64,000 nt of DNA from Gemmatimonadota bacterium (GCA_039588275.1 JBDHAC010000004.1:14447-78446), one strand, 5' to 3'. Counted from the stretch's first letter, positions 35,761 to 46,978 are shown. Translations and numbers: made by a program. The notes: generated from the sequence alone by a model not told the origin.

Positions 35761-36747
35761 TCAGAAGTCGATGTCCATGATCCGCCGAATGGCGACGAAC
35801 CCGATGAGCTGAAGGCCTGCAGCCATGGCTAGCATCAGCCGTCCGAGCGGCTCGGTAAACAGGACGCGCATGTACTCGGGATTCAGCATGAACATCCCAA
35901 CGCCCGCGACGATCGGGGCCAGTCCGAGCACGATTCCGGTCATGCGACCGTGAGCCGTGTGCGTTCGCAGCTGTCGTCGGAAGCGGAATCGGTCACGGAT
36001 GATCTTCGACAGGTTGTCGAGGATCTCCGCGAGGTTACCCCCGGATTCCAGCTGGATCAGTACGGCGGTCACGAAGATCCGGACATCGAGCAGGGTCAAG
36101 CGATCCGCGAGCGCGAGTAGGGACTCCGAAAGGGGCAACCCGAACTTCTGCTCCTCGTATACCTGCCGGAACTCGCCCGAGATGGGCTCGGTCGCCTCCT
36201 CGGAGACCACACGAAGCCCGGTGGAGAAGGCGTGCCCGGCCCGGATGGCCCGACCCAAGAGGTCGATGGCCTCGGGGAAATTCTCCTCGAAGCGGAGGAA
36301 CCGCTTCTTCCGTTTACGCGACACGCTCAGGTAGGGAAACAACGCACCGACCGTCGCGCCGGCGACCGGCACGATCCAACCACCCACCGAAACGAGCATC
36401 GCGATCCCGACCGCGGCCGCGAAGCCCACCGTGAGGAGAACGAACGTGCCGACGCTCCACCCCACGTCGGCCTGCGCGAGGAAGTGCCGCATGTCCTGAC
36501 GGCGCGGGAACTTGAGTAACACAGGCTCGAGCCAGTGAGGGTCGTCGGGCGATCGCTGCCGCAGGAGACTGTCGAGGCCCTCCTCATGGTCGGGGTCCGA
36601 GAGCTTCCGAAGCTCGCGGCTGATCGATCGTTGACGCCCGACCTGTCTAAGCCCCTCCCATAGCAGCGCGAGCGACGCGATGGCGAGCGCCACGATGCCG
36701 AAGGCAACCAGGGCCGCCAGAACCGGAGAGCCGCGTAACGCTTCCAC
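35761..36747 (-). CDS. tadB: Tad pilus inner-membrane platform protein TadB (T2SSF)
   Basis: FPEAIDLL.RAIRAGH, SGGNLAEILD and TAHGR motifs; GTG start inferred. Confidence 0.92.
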   Translation of the reverse strand: MEALRGSPVLAALVAFGIVALAIASLALLWEGLRQVGRQRSISRELRKLSDPDHEEGLDSLLRQRSPDDPHWLEPVLLKFPRRQDMRHFLAQADVGWSVGTFVLLTVGFAAAVGIAMLVSVGGWIVPVAGATVGALFPYLSVSRKRKKRFLRFEENFPEAIDLLGRAIRAGHAFSTGLRVVSEEATEPISGEFRQVYEEQKFGLPLSESLLALADRLTLLDVRIFVTAVLIQLESGGNLAEILDNLSKIIRDRFRFRRQLRTHTAHGRMTGIVLGLAPIVAGVGMFMLNPEYMRVLFTEPLGRLMLAMAAGLQLIGFVAIRRIMDIDF

Positions 36748-36749
36748 CG

Positions 36750-38153
36750 TCAGATCCCGCTGGCGAGGTCGAGGTTCGCGAACAGCGTCTCGGACAGGTC
36801 GATACCGTGCTCCTGCAGACGCTCGGCGCACTTCGGACGGATCCCCGTCGCGCGGAAGTCTCCCGCGACCTGACCTTCGGGCGTCACGCCTTCGCGCTCG
36901 AAGGTGAACAGATCCTGCATGGTGATCACATCGCCCTCCATCCCGACGATCTCCGCGATCGAGACGATCTTTCGGTTCCCGTCCGAAAGCCGGGACACGT
37001 GGATGACGACGTCGATCGCGCTCGCGATCTGTTGACGGACGCCCTTCTCCGGGAGATTGAGGTTGGCCATCGAGACCATGGTCTCCAGACGGTGAAGCGC
37101 GTCCCTGGGAGTGTTCGCGTGCAGGGTCGTGAGCGACCCGTCGTGGCCGGTGTTCATGGCCTGGAGCATGTCGATCGCCTCGGAACCGCGGACCTCTCCG
37201 ACGATGATTCGGTCGGGCCGCATGCGCAGCGAGTTGATTACGAGCTGCCGCTGAGTGACCTGGCCCGCTCCCTCGATGTTCGGTGGACGGGTCTCCAGCC
37301 GAACCACGTGCGGCTGACGGAGCTGCAGCTCCGCCGAGTCCTCGATCGTCACAATTCGCTCAGTGTGCGGGATCGATTCCGACAGCACGTTCAGAAGCGT
37401 GGTCTTTCCGGACCCGGTACCCCCCGTGATAAGCACATTGAGCTGCGCCTTCACGCACCCCTGAAGAAGCGTGAGCATCTCGCCGGTCAGCGATTGGTTG
37501 CGCCGAAGGTCATCTGAGGACAGGACATCCCGTCGGAACTTACGGATCGACAGATGAGGACCGTCGATCGCCAATGGCGGGATGATCGCGTTCACGCGCG
37601 AGCCATCCGCCAGACGGGCGTCGACCATCGGGGACGAATCGTCTATCCGCCGCCCCACCGCCGATACGATCCGGTCGATGACCTGAAGGAGGTGACGGTC
37701 GTCCCGGAACCGCACGTCGGTCTTGTGCAGCCTACCGTCGATCTCGATGAACACCTGGTCGTATCCGTTGACCAGGATATCGGAGATGCTCATGTCGTTG
37801 ACGAGCGGCTCCAGCGGTCCGAGGCCGAAGACCTCGTTGATGACCTGCTCGACCAGCATCTCCCGCTCTTCGAGGTTGAGCGGAGTCTCTTCGCTCGCGA
37901 GCAAATCGCGCACGATCTTGCGGACTTCGTCCGCCGCCTCCTCCTGATCTCGCTCGCTCAGATTTGCGAGATTGAGGCGCTCCAGGAGACGCCGGTGGAC
38001 GCGGGTGCGGATCTCCTGCAGCTCGGTCGGATAGTCTCCCGAGCTCACCCAACCACTGTCCAGGTCCGGCTCGCTCCCGCGCTCCCAGGCGGCCTGTCCT
38101 CCACCCGTCGAGGCCATTGCCTCCTGCTCGGGAAGATCGGCTGCACTACTCAT
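36750..38153 (-). CDS. cpaF: Tad pilus assembly ATPase CpaF/TadA
   Basis: [38 protein letters not shown] and AMNTGHDGS motifs. Confidence 0.96.
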   Translation of the reverse strand: MSSAADLPEQEAMASTGGGQAAWERGSEPDLDSGWVSSGDYPTELQEIRTRVHRRLLERLNLANLSERDQEEAADEVRKIVRDLLASEETPLNLEEREMLVEQVINEVFGLGPLEPLVNDMSISDILVNGYDQVFIEIDGRLHKTDVRFRDDRHLLQVIDRIVSAVGRRIDDSSPMVDARLADGSRVNAIIPPLAIDGPHLSIRKFRRDVLSSDDLRRNQSLTGEMLTLLQGCVKAQLNVLITGGTGSGKTTLLNVLSESIPHTERIVTIEDSAELQLRQPHVVRLETRPPNIEGAGQVTQRQLVINSLRMRPDRIIVGEVRGSEAIDMLQAMNTGHDGSLTTLHANTPRDALHRLETMVSMANLNLPEKGVRQQIASAIDVVIHVSRLSDGNRKIVSIAEIVGMEGDVITMQDLFTFEREGVTPEGQVAGDFRATGIRPKCAERLQEHGIDLSETLFANLDLASGI

Positions 38154-39429
38154 GGCTCTTCACCTCATCCTTCGCGACCGCCCCTTGGCGCCCGTTTCGT
38201 CCGAACAAACCCGAGAGCCAGCCACCCGACCCCTCGGCTACGCGTGTCCCGGTCACCCTCGAGGCCAGCGACCGTATGTCCCTCGCGAACGTCGATTTCT
38301 GGTCCGCCACCGCCGGTCGCCCGGCGTTGATCGAGTTCATCACCGCCCGATAGTCGTTCCGAAGCGTCCAGAAGACGTCCATCTCCAAGGTCTTCTCGAT
38401 CTCGGGGACCGTGATGGCCTGGTGAGGATCGAATCGGTTCACCAAGAGACGAATCCACTCGTCCGGCTTATGTCGACCGAAGCTCCGGACGAGCTGGAGG
38501 CACCGGGTCAGATTGCGAAGCGACGGGATGTCGGCGGTGGTGACCAGGTAGACTTCGTCCGAATCCTCGAGGGCGCCGAGCGTGGCCGGCGTAAACGTCT
38601 TCGGGGAGTCCACGATGATGTAGTCGTAATGCTGCTTCAGGAAGCTCAGGACCTGACGGACCCTCTCGCTGCTGACGGCCTCGTAGTCGGCGGGCTGGTA
38701 GGGTGCCGACAGGATCTCGACGCCCGTGTCGTGGCGCTCGATGTACGAGGCGAGCAACCCGGAATCGACGCGGTGGAAGTTCTTCATCAGGTCGACGACG
38801 CTGAATCGGGGCTCGACGCCCAGGACGAGGGCCGATTCACCCAACTCGAGATCGAGATCGACCAGGAGTGTCTTCCTGCGCGTAAGCCGGTGCATCTCGA
38901 TCGCGAGGTTCGCCGCCACGGTGGTCGAGCCCGTACCGCCCTTCGCGCTGAAGACCATGATCACCCGGCCCGGCTCAGCCGAAAGCCGCTCGACGTGACG
39001 CCCGGACTTTCGCAGCACGCGCTCGATGGCGCTCTCCAGCTTTGCCGACTCCACCGGCTTGCCCACGAACTCGGTCACCCCGGCCTGCATGGCCGCGAGG
39101 ATGATCTCGGGGGCATCGGTGCTTCCGAAGGCGATCGTCGCGGCCGCCAGGTCCGAGTCGATCACGAACTGCGCGAACTTGAGCCCGACGTGAGGGTCGC
39201 TCTCCAGATCGAGAAAGGCGATATCCGGCTTCAGGCCTCGCAACTGCTCGAGATGCGAGTCGTCGATCTCCGTGAACGGCGCGGTGATCGACTTCTCGAT
39301 TGCCACATGCGTGGGGCTTTCCTCCAACCGCGCACGCAACATCTCCGTGAAATCTCCGTCCGCGGAGATCGCGACCGCCGTCAGGGAGCCGCCAGGATCT
39401 GACCGTTTATCTACAGGCGCTGCGCTCAA
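38146..39429 (-). CDS. cpaE: CpaE/TadZ (receiver-like + MinD/ParA-like ATPase)
   Basis: Receiver-like N-domain, deviant Walker [14 protein letters not shown]; TTG start after GGAG. Confidence 0.88.
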   Translation of the reverse strand: MSAAPVDKRSDPGGSLTAVAISADGDFTEMLRARLEESPTHVAIEKSITAPFTEIDDSHLEQLRGLKPDIAFLDLESDPHVGLKFAQFVIDSDLAAATIAFGSTDAPEIILAAMQAGVTEFVGKPVESAKLESAIERVLRKSGRHVERLSAEPGRVIMVFSAKGGTGSTTVAANLAIEMHRLTRRKTLLVDLDLELGESALVLGVEPRFSVVDLMKNFHRVDSGLLASYIERHDTGVEILSAPYQPADYEAVSSERVRQVLSFLKQHYDYIIVDSPKTFTPATLGALEDSDEVYLVTTADIPSLRNLTRCLQLVRSFGRHKPDEWIRLLVNRFDPHQAITVPEIEKTLEMDVFWTLRNDYRAVMNSINAGRPAVADQKSTFARDIRSLASRVTGTRVAEGSGGWLSGLFGRNGRQGAVAKDEVKSHE

Positions 39430-39431
39430 GG

Positions 39432-40646
39432 TCACTCCACCAGTCTGAGTACTTTCACCACGGGACCGGCCCCCGGGTTGCTGCTCCCGAAGCCGATAGC
39501 CGGCATGATCCGGGCGTACACGTTCGCCTGACCGGGCGGCCCCGGATCGATGCTTTCGATGAACACGCCCATGAAATGGCTGATCAAGAAGTGCGGCCCG
39601 CTGCCCTGTTGCGTAAAGGTGTTCGGGTTGAATGCGGGGACCGCACGATACCGAAGCCCGCCGGTCACGATCGCGTTCCCGTTGTTGGCATCGCGCGCGC
39701 ACGTGCAGCTCGGGTCGTAGTATTGCCCCGAGTAGAGCGGGTCGTTGAGGATCTGCCGGAACGCATCCACGAGCGATTGCTTGTTCCCCGCCTCCCTCCA
39801 CATAGGATCTGTCGGGACGTACCCGTCGTCAGGTCCATCGGGGCACCCCAGGATCCTCTCGCGAATCTCGGAGGTCCCGCTGACGCCCTGTGGGAGCCAC
39901 AGGTCCCAGTAGCCCGGCTGCAAACGGCTGCTCGGCGGCGGACCCTTCCCCTTGCCGCCTTGCGACGGCAGGAGCGTGATCAGCTCGCCGATGATGTCGT
40001 ATCCGACGTAGGCCGGGTTCGGGTTGCCGAACTGGTCGTACGGCTCCGGATAGTAATCGCCCTCGCTCGGATCCCATTCGAGGCTACCGAAGTTGACCCA
40101 CCGATCCGGGAGGGCGACCGGAAGCAGGCAGCTCACGGACGCGGCATCGGGGGACCACTCGGCGGCCGCCACCGTCGCCACGTCCACGTTGGTCACGCCG
40201 AACATGCGTGCGAACAGGGTCGACACCGGGCTGCCATAGTTCTGAGTGCGCAGCACGCGGACCCGCACCTTGTCGGGGAGAAGCACGTCGATATCCTGAT
40301 CGCGCAGAGCGATCTGATCGCCCCGGACGTCGTTCTGGCTCGCGTACTGCTTCGCCCACTGCCGAGCCTGCGCCGGATCTCCCGGCTTGTAGATGAGCGA
40401 GCCGGCTCCGGCCAACGCCGCACCGTCGGCCGTGCGCTGGGCCTCGCTGCGGGCGGTCATCAGCATGCCCATGTCGACCGCCAGCGCCGCGATGCTGATG
40501 AACACCGCGATGCCCAGCGCCACGAAGGCCGCGACGGCACCACGTTGATCGGTCGCCCAGCGGGCTCGTACCCGGCCCCGGCCGCGCCGTCGCTGCGCCC
40601 CGATGGGTGCGGGCGAGAACCCCGTCGTCGAATTCAACCGTCTCAT
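39432..40646 (-). CDS. tadG: TadG-like pseudopilin/adhesin (Tad N-terminal domain, Cys-containing C-domain)
   Basis: DQRG-AVA prepilin site; LAVDMG...R.EAQ..ADGAALAGA; ends LRLVE. Confidence 0.82.
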   Translation of the reverse strand: MRRLNSTTGFSPAPIGAQRRRGRGRVRARWATDQRGAVAAFVALGIAVFISIAALAVDMGMLMTARSEAQRTADGAALAGAGSLIYKPGDPAQARQWAKQYASQNDVRGDQIALRDQDIDVLLPDKVRVRVLRTQNYGSPVSTLFARMFGVTNVDVATVAAAEWSPDAASVSCLLPVALPDRWVNFGSLEWDPSEGDYYPEPYDQFGNPNPAYVGYDIIGELITLLPSQGGKGKGPPPSSRLQPGYWDLWLPQGVSGTSEIRERILGCPDGPDDGYVPTDPMWREAGNKQSLVDAFRQILNDPLYSGQYYDPSCTCARDANNGNAIVTGGLRYRAVPAFNPNTFTQQGSGPHFLISHFMGVFIESIDPGPPGQANVYARIMPAIGFGSSNPGAGPVVKVLRLVE

Positions 40647-40711
40647 CTGTCCGCTAATCCGTCGTCTACGGTCTCGAGTTCCCGACCCTATCCCCGTCGA
40701 TCCGGATACCG

Positions 40712-42046
40712 CTACGGGTTATCCGAGCCATCCGCCGAACGATCGTCCGGGTTCCGGATCGACTTGTCCCACTTCCATGTCTCCGGCTCGTCGGTCGGAA
40801 TCGGCGGCGCGTCATCGAGCGGCTGCACGATCCTCGGCGTCACCAGCACGAGTAGCTCCGACCGATTCTGGCGCATGTTCTTCGACTTGAACAGCTCACC
40901 GAGGATCGGGATGTCACCCAGGATCGGTATTTGGGCCACGTCTTCGATCAGCGTGTTGTCGACCAGACCGGCGATCGCGAACGTCTGCCCATCCTCGAGC
41001 TCGATGGTGGTCTCCGCCTTCCTCGAGAGGAGAGAGGGGATCCGGAAACCCTGGATGGTCAGGCCGTTGGCGAAGTCCAGCGAGGAGACTTCGGGTGCGA
41101 CCCACAGCCGGATCGCGCCGGAATTCGTGATGTCCGGAACGAAGCTGAGCCGGATCCCGAACTCCTTGAACTGGATCGTGACCGCGTTGCTCGCCGCGCC
41201 ACCTTGCAGGGTGGGGAAGGGGAACTCTCCCCCAGCCAGGAAGGACGCCGACTCGGCTGGCATCGCGAGCAGGTTGGGCTCGGCGAGGCTCTTGAACAAC
41301 CCCCTGTTCTCGAGCGCCTGTACGAACGCCGCGACGCGCGAAGGGTCGTGGAAGATGAAGAAGTTCACCGCGTCAGAGAACGCCTCGGCGATCGGTGCGC
41401 CAGGCTGATCCTGATCGGCCGACCGGACGTTGTCGACGGGCCCGATGACGACGTCGACATTGCTACCGTCCCGCGTCAACAGGGTTGGTCCGAGCTCCTC
41501 CAGCCAGCTCCGGCTCACCTCGGCAAATCGCACTTGGAGGAGGATCTGTCCGAGATCCGGTACCGCCATGTTGTCGATGATCTGGACATCGCCCAGGCTA
41601 CGGGCCAGCTGCAGCGCTCGGCGCGCCACCTGTCGATCCTGCACCTGACCGGAGAGGATCACGGTGTTCACGATCGCGGACGCCTGGATCGTCTCGTCAG
41701 GGAATAGGCGCTCGAACTCTCGCTGCAGCGAGGCCGCGTCCGCAGTCACTCGGACCGTGTAGCTCGCTCGCGAGCCCGCCCGGTCCCAGATGAACAAGGT
41801 AGTCGAGCCCGGCGACTTCGCGGTCACGACGATCTCCGTGCCGGAGACGGGCACCACGTCCGCCACGTCCGGATTCCCGATCGAGACGCGGGCCATCGTC
41901 GCGCCGACCGTGACGACCGTAGAGTTGCCCGTCGGGAGCACGATCTCCTGGCTCACCTGAGCCTCGAGCGCTCCTCCGCTCAGGGCCACCCAGGTCGCGA
42001 CCAGGGCGATCCCCACCACACGCCGTATCTTCATCCCGTTCACCAT
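40712..42046 (-). CDS. cpaC: Tad secretin CpaC/RcpA
   Basis: RVSIGNPDVAD, QILLQVRFAEV, LAEPNL, FLAGGEFP, IPILGDIPILG and ELLVLVTP motifs. Confidence 0.93.
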   Translation of the reverse strand: MVNGMKIRRVVGIALVATWVALSGGALEAQVSQEIVLPTGNSTVVTVGATMARVSIGNPDVADVVPVSGTEIVVTAKSPGSTTLFIWDRAGSRASYTVRVTADAASLQREFERLFPDETIQASAIVNTVILSGQVQDRQVARRALQLARSLGDVQIIDNMAVPDLGQILLQVRFAEVSRSWLEELGPTLLTRDGSNVDVVIGPVDNVRSADQDQPGAPIAEAFSDAVNFFIFHDPSRVAAFVQALENRGLFKSLAEPNLLAMPAESASFLAGGEFPFPTLQGGAASNAVTIQFKEFGIRLSFVPDITNSGAIRLWVAPEVSSLDFANGLTIQGFRIPSLLSRKAETTIELEDGQTFAIAGLVDNTLIEDVAQIPILGDIPILGELFKSKNMRQNRSELLVLVTPRIVQPLDDAPPIPTDEPETWKWDKSIRNPDDRSADGSDNP

Positions 42047-42090
42047 CAGTCGAACCCTCTCTCGCTCACACCCAACGCCGCTTCCGTAGA

Positions 42091-42942
42091 TCACGACCCA
42101 CCTCCGCCGCCGCCTTCGACGGGTTCGACCGATTTCGCGGGACCTCTGTAGACTTCGACCGACACGCCGGTTGGCTCTCGCGGCACCACCCGCCGCGCGC
42201 CTGCAGGTGTGGTCACGCGCCGCGTCGTGATCAGCTCGCGCGTCCGGACGCCCTGAGTCTCCACCGTGTCCCGATCCAGCGTGTTTCGAAGTGCCAGACG
42301 GATCTTGCCGCGGTCCTCCGCGTGTGTGAGCCGCTCCGCATCGTCCGGATCCACCAGCAGCGTCACGACGGGGACCAGGACGGCCTGGTTCTCATCGTTG
42401 GTCGTTGTCATCTGGCCGATCCCCAGGACCTGGATGTCCTGAAGAACCACCTGCGTGATCGGCTCCCCGACCTGCGCGCCCTCCCCCAGAGTCACGAGAA
42501 CATCGACGCGCTGGTGCGGCTGGACGAAGCCGGCCACCCCGATCACGTCGTTCACTCGCACGGCCATCGCCCGCATGCCCTCGTCGATTCCCAGCGGCAC
42601 GCCGGCCCCCGCCTCGGGGCTGGCCACCTTGCTGGACAGGAAAGGCTCGTTCAGGCGAAGCGGCATCAGGAGCCCGCGCCCGACGACCTCCTCGGGGGTA
42701 CTGGCAAACCCCTCGGGCACGACGGAGGCGGGCCAGTCGATCATCCGAATGTCTTGCTGCGTGATGAGCTCCCCGAAGTTCATGTCGCGGTTCGCGACCA
42801 CGACCTGGACGGTCGGAGCTTCAGAGGCCTGAATCACGCCCGGCACCGCGGGCTGTCGAAGGAAGCGGAACGCCAGATACGCCGCCAACAGGCCCGACAC
42901 CAGCGCCAGTACCAGAATCACTCCCACACGATTTCGCATCAT
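42091..42942 (-). CDS. cpaB: Flp pilus assembly protein CpaB/RcpC
   Basis: SAF-like VVVANRDM..G, GMRAMAVRV..GVAGFV.P..RVDV and LALRN motifs. Confidence 0.93.
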   Translation of the reverse strand: MMRNRVGVILVLALVSGLLAAYLAFRFLRQPAVPGVIQASEAPTVQVVVANRDMNFGELITQQDIRMIDWPASVVPEGFASTPEEVVGRGLLMPLRLNEPFLSSKVASPEAGAGVPLGIDEGMRAMAVRVNDVIGVAGFVQPHQRVDVLVTLGEGAQVGEPITQVVLQDIQVLGIGQMTTTNDENQAVLVPVVTLLVDPDDAERLTHAEDRGKIRLALRNTLDRDTVETQGVRTRELITTRRVTTPAGARRVVPREPTGVSVEVYRGPAKSVEPVEGGGGGGS

Positions 42943-43126
42943 CCGCCTCTCGATTCCTCTTGGATCGCCGCTGCCTTTGCCCGTCAGCGATATGTCTTGG
43001 ATCGTTCTTTAGATTATGTACTCACGCGGTACACGACTCGGACTTCGATCCGCATCGCTCGCGAGCGAGGGGATCGGCATCGCAACTGTCCTTCTCTCTA
43101 CTCGGTCCTCATCGGCGACCGAATCG

Positions 43127-43627
43127 TCAGGGTTCGTTCCTCATCGTCGAACGAGCGGTCAGGGTGATCGTCGTGTAATTGGTGCCGCACCCCACACACA
43201 TCAGATCAAGAACCGGACCGAGGACCACGAACTGGTGCACGTAATCGATTTCCACCGTTTCAGATGGGTTGTTCGGCGTCCCGAAAGCGCACAGACTGCC
43301 AGGCACCCCCTGGCAGTAGTACGTGATAGTCGCGGTCGGGGGGCCGGAGGCCAGCCCGCTCTGCGTGAGCAGGGTCGTGACATGATTGTCCACGCCAGCC
43401 TGATTCTGGTTGGGCATGACGCCCATCCTCACCCCCTCGCGGGCGACGTTCGTGATGACCTGGTACGTGCGCCATGCAGCGGCGAACTCGATGATCCCGA
43501 ACACGATCACCAGCAGGATCGGTAAGGCGAGGACGAACTCCACGAGCGACTGCCCTCGCTCGAGCTTGCGCCCGCGGAGTTGAGCTGCCCGACGCCTGGT
43601 CGAGTGCCACGTTCTCCTGTTGGTCAT
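43127..43627 (-). CDS. tadE: TadE-like pseudopilin
   Basis: ERG-QSLVEFVLALP..FGIIEF and AREGVR motifs; ATGA overlap with cpaA. Confidence 0.9.
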   Translation of the reverse strand: MTNRRTWHSTRRRAAQLRGRKLERGQSLVEFVLALPILLVIVFGIIEFAAAWRTYQVITNVAREGVRMGVMPNQNQAGVDNHVTTLLTQSGLASGPPTATITYYCQGVPGSLCAFGTPNNPSETVEIDYVHQFVVLGPVLDLMCVGCGTNYTTITLTARSTMRNEP

Positions 43628-44208
43628 CCCAGCCAGCCTTGTAATGTCCCGATCAGGGACCACTCCGGACTTGTCCCGTACACGAACCACGAAGTCACCG
43701 CGCCGACGGCTATCGCGACGCCGTATGGCACGGTCAGCACGTCTGGCGTGTCGAGGGTGACCGCCGCCCCCGATTCCGCCCCTTTCCAGCCGCTGAACGT
43801 CCGCGCGCCGAACGTCACAATGATCGCGTGCAGATTGGACAGGGTTTGGCGAAACGCCCGATGCTTCATGATCATCAAGATCGCCATCACCCCACCGACC
43901 AGCGCCATCACGAGCAACGCGAACCAGATCCGCTGGGGGCCCAGGAAAGCGCCCACCGCGGTCAGTAGCTTCACGTCCCCACCACCCAGCCCCCCGGTCA
44001 GGAAGAACGGGAGGGCGAGGCCGAAACCGATCCCCGCCCCGGCCAGCCCACCACTCAACGAAGCGAGGCCATCCGGCACCCGCAGCAGGAGCGCGAGCAC
44101 CAGCGCACCGACGGTCAGCACGTTCGGGAGCCGTCGCTCGCGCAGGTCGAACCAGATTGCTGCAAGCGCCACGGCGCTCAGAGCGCCGCCCATCAGTGCC
44201 GTCAGCAC
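43624..44208 (-). CDS. cpaA: A24 prepilin peptidase CpaA/TadV
   Basis: DLRERRLPN, GGGDVKL and VPYGVAI motifs. Confidence 0.93.
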   Translation of the reverse strand: MLTALMGGALSAVALAAIWFDLRERRLPNVLTVGALVLALLLRVPDGLASLSGGLAGAGIGFGLALPFFLTGGLGGGDVKLLTAVGAFLGPQRIWFALLVMALVGGVMAILMIMKHRAFRQTLSNLHAIIVTFGARTFSGWKGAESGAAVTLDTPDVLTVPYGVAIAVGAVTSWFVYGTSPEWSLIGTLQGWLG

Positions 44209-44353
44209 CCTCTACCTTACAGCTCGAGCGCGCGCTTCATCGCGTAATCCTCACCGTCGGCCACAAACTACGTGGGCCAGCGCGTCGAGGCGAAACGAGC
44301 GCGGGTCAAAGGAGACATCGTCTTCGACCGGGCGCGTGTGTTCACGCAGATGC

Positions 44354-44536
44354 CTAGGAACCGCCCGACGTCGTGTTCAGAGTCGAGGCTGCGTTGCCGA
44401 ACGCACCGTTGATTCCGGACGCCAGCACGGTCATCCCCGCTGTGATGGCGAGGGCGATCAACACGACCAACAGAACGTACTCCGTAGCGTCCTGCCCGGA
44501 CTCATCCTTCCAGAGTCGAGTAAGAACCCGCGACAT
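44354..44536 (-). CDS. flp: Flp/Fap major pilin (60 aa)
   Basis: DESG-QDATEY Flp motif followed by a hydrophobic helix; AAGGAGGGG SD. Confidence 0.93.
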   Translation of the reverse strand: MSRVLTRLWKDESGQDATEYVLLVVLIALAITAGMTVLASGINGAFGNAASTLNTTSGGS

Positions 44537-44641
44537 AAAACCCCTCCTTGACCTCGTTGGCCTGTGGCTTGGCCTCGTTAGCCTTCCCTGCCGAAACGCG
44601 GCCAAGCCGGTTCCGGCGGCAATGTCGGACACCCACTCAAT

Positions 44642-44657
44642 TGCACGAGCCGTTCCT
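44642..44657 (-). promoter_or_regulatory. Candidate sigma54 (-24/-12) promoter of flp
   Basis: Minus strand AGGAACG-GCTC-GTGCA (GG-N10-GC) about 105 nt upstream of the flp ATG. Confidence 0.55.
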
Positions 44658-45186
44658 CTCTCTCGCTCGCGTGAGGCCTGCCGCCGCCGGTGGCCAGGTC
44701 ACTGACCTGCCGCGCCGGTTGAACTCACGCTCGCGGCGCTCCTGTGAAGGATGTGTGCCACGCGACCGAGGCGAACCGCTTCACGCCCGCCGAGCGTGCC
44801 GCGGATACCTGTAGTCGTTGTGCTGCTTGAACCTACCGAACACCGGCGCCCCCCCGGCCATGCCGCGGATTCCGCCGCCGGGTGCGCAGCGGGCCTGCCG
44901 CCTGCTGTCGGGCGAAGGCACCGGTGTTGGCAGGACTCGACACTCGGATACTAAGCGGTTCCGGATAGTCAAGATAGAAAGTGTCGGGAGAGCGGTCTTC
45001 CGCCCCCCATCGCGGGGTTCAGACCTACGGATGTGGCCCTACTCCGCCGGATGCCCGTCAACCCTCGGGATGGGGACCGCCGCTGCCGCCGCGTCGGTGC
45101 CACATTCTCGGGGCAGATCTCCGCGCAGCGACAGCCCCGGCATGGTGTTGCGTGCGTCCCTCACTCGTAGGAGCAGGCTGCGCCGC

Positions 45187-46731
45187 TCAAGGCACGCAGA
45201 GCCCGTTTCCGTCGTGCTGGACATCGGGGACGGGCGTCCCCTTGAGGACGGCGAGCTGAGGACCATCCAACCGAGCGAAGACCCCACCCAGGTCGTCCTC
45301 GTACACTTTCTCCCAGCCCGGTTGGAGCGACATCAGATTGAACGTCGGTCGAGCCTTCGGAAACAGAACGAGATCGGTCGGGCGCTTTTCCAGCACGTCT
45401 TGCCATTCTCCGATTCCGTTCTGGAATCGGAGATACTCCGTGTAGATGCTGTCCGGGTACACGGTTTCCCGCCTCCCGTCCATCGAGATGCGGATCTCGG
45501 GGGCCAGGTGCCAGAGTGCGTACTCCCCCCAGTCGAAATACACCGCGAGGTTACCCTCAACGCCGCTGCGGTCGAGCCATTCGACCGCGCGAGCCGGAAA
45601 CGAGATGGAGCGCTGCGTGTCGATTCGAATGCAGCGGAGGTGCGGCGCACCACGCGCCGTGAACATGAGCGCGACGGCCAGGGTGAAGACGATGAGTACC
45701 GGGCGAAGTCGCGTAGTCGCCTCGGAAACGGGCTCCGGATCACGCGCCCACGACGCAGCCATATGGTTAGCGAGGAGGACTCCGAAGCCGAGCGCGAAGA
45801 GCTGAAGGTGCCGCACCGCCGTGAGCGGTAGCACGGCCAGGACCGCGAAGAGCAGGAGCAGCGGCGGTCTGCGGGGCACGGTGCCGCGGAGCACGGCGAG
45901 ACCCGCGAATAGGAGCGAGGCGAGGTATACGACTCCGCGTGGCGTTGCGATTTGGAGCGTCCGCCACTCGACGATGTCTGGCCGCGGAACCGTGCCCGTG
46001 CGGATGAGGAAGGACGGGAGGCCCCATCCGTAGGGATTGAGGAGCAGCGCGACGCTGCAGCCGGCCACCACAACCGCCGGGAGCCACAGCTCCCGCAGCC
46101 CATGGAAGCCGTCCGCCCGGAATCGAGGCCACGCCACCAGCGCTCTGCCGACGGCCCAGATTCCCACTACGCCGAGGCCGGCGAGGACCCCACCGTGGAA
46201 GTTGATCCACACCGCGAACAGCGGCGGGAGGAACCACAACGCGCGCTCCCGCCCCGTCTCGGCCGCATACAGGATGCGCAGGGTGATCAGGAACCCCAGG
46301 TAGGTGAAAGCCTGAGGACGAATGGTCGTCAGACCCGGTATCAGGAGCACGACGACGGGAAGGAGGACCAGACCGGCGCGCAACCCGTCGAGTCCCGCCC
46401 GACACAGGTGCCGGTACACGAGTCCCGCGATGAGAAGCGCCAGCGCGAGCTTGAACAGCAGGAGCGCGCGTCCGCCGCCCAGCGCGTACAAGCCGGCGAA
46501 CACCACCTCCGACAGCAATTCGTGGTTCACCCACTCATGGCCCGCCGTCAGGTACGAGAACGGATCCTCGCGGATGACGGACCCGGCCGCCCATGTGAGC
46601 TGGCCGAACCGGATGTGACCCCAGAGGTCCGGATCCGCCACGGCAGGGACCAGGAGAAAGAAGGCGATCGCCAGCATGAGGAGCGTGATACTGCGCGACC
46701 ACCATCCCGAAGTGACTCCCTCACCCTGCAT
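45187..46731 (-). CDS. Polytopic membrane protein, GT-C-fold glycosyltransferase-like
   Basis: DPDLWGH after TM1, WVNHE, RPQ, WINFHGG, many TMs, periplasmic C-domain with WGEY and MDGR. Confidence 0.65.
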   Translation of the reverse strand: MQGEGVTSGWWSRSITLLMLAIAFFLLVPAVADPDLWGHIRFGQLTWAAGSVIREDPFSYLTAGHEWVNHELLSEVVFAGLYALGGGRALLLFKLALALLIAGLVYRHLCRAGLDGLRAGLVLLPVVVLLIPGLTTIRPQAFTYLGFLITLRILYAAETGRERALWFLPPLFAVWINFHGGVLAGLGVVGIWAVGRALVAWPRFRADGFHGLRELWLPAVVVAGCSVALLLNPYGWGLPSFLIRTGTVPRPDIVEWRTLQIATPRGVVYLASLLFAGLAVLRGTVPRRPPLLLLFAVLAVLPLTAVRHLQLFALGFGVLLANHMAASWARDPEPVSEATTRLRPVLIVFTLAVALMFTARGAPHLRCIRIDTQRSISFPARAVEWLDRSGVEGNLAVYFDWGEYALWHLAPEIRISMDGRRETVYPDSIYTEYLRFQNGIGEWQDVLEKRPTDLVLFPKARPTFNLMSLQPGWEKVYEDDLGGVFARLDGPQLAVLKGTPVPDVQHDGNGLCVP

Positions 46732-46978
46732 CGCACCACCGTGTCATGCTTGCCGCCCCCTTGTCGACTACCCGTCCATACTCACGGTTCACGCGTCGAT
46801 TCACCACATGGCTCGTTCGGGCCCGAATCGCCACAGCGAACAGCCGCTCCTTTCGGACCGCTCCCTCGCAAGAACCTTGCAGGCCCACGCGAGCGTGCTC
46901 CAGCGTACATTGGAGTGGCGCAGGGCGCGAGGACGCTCGGGCCTCTTTCTTCGTGGGAACTGGCAAGCAGGGGATGGC

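Noticed and set aside
43009-43080. 23-codon ORF MPIPSLASDADRSPSRVPREYII between tadE and cpaB
   Set aside because: It has an SD-like AAGGA but no recognisable protein features, so it cannot be separated from chance.
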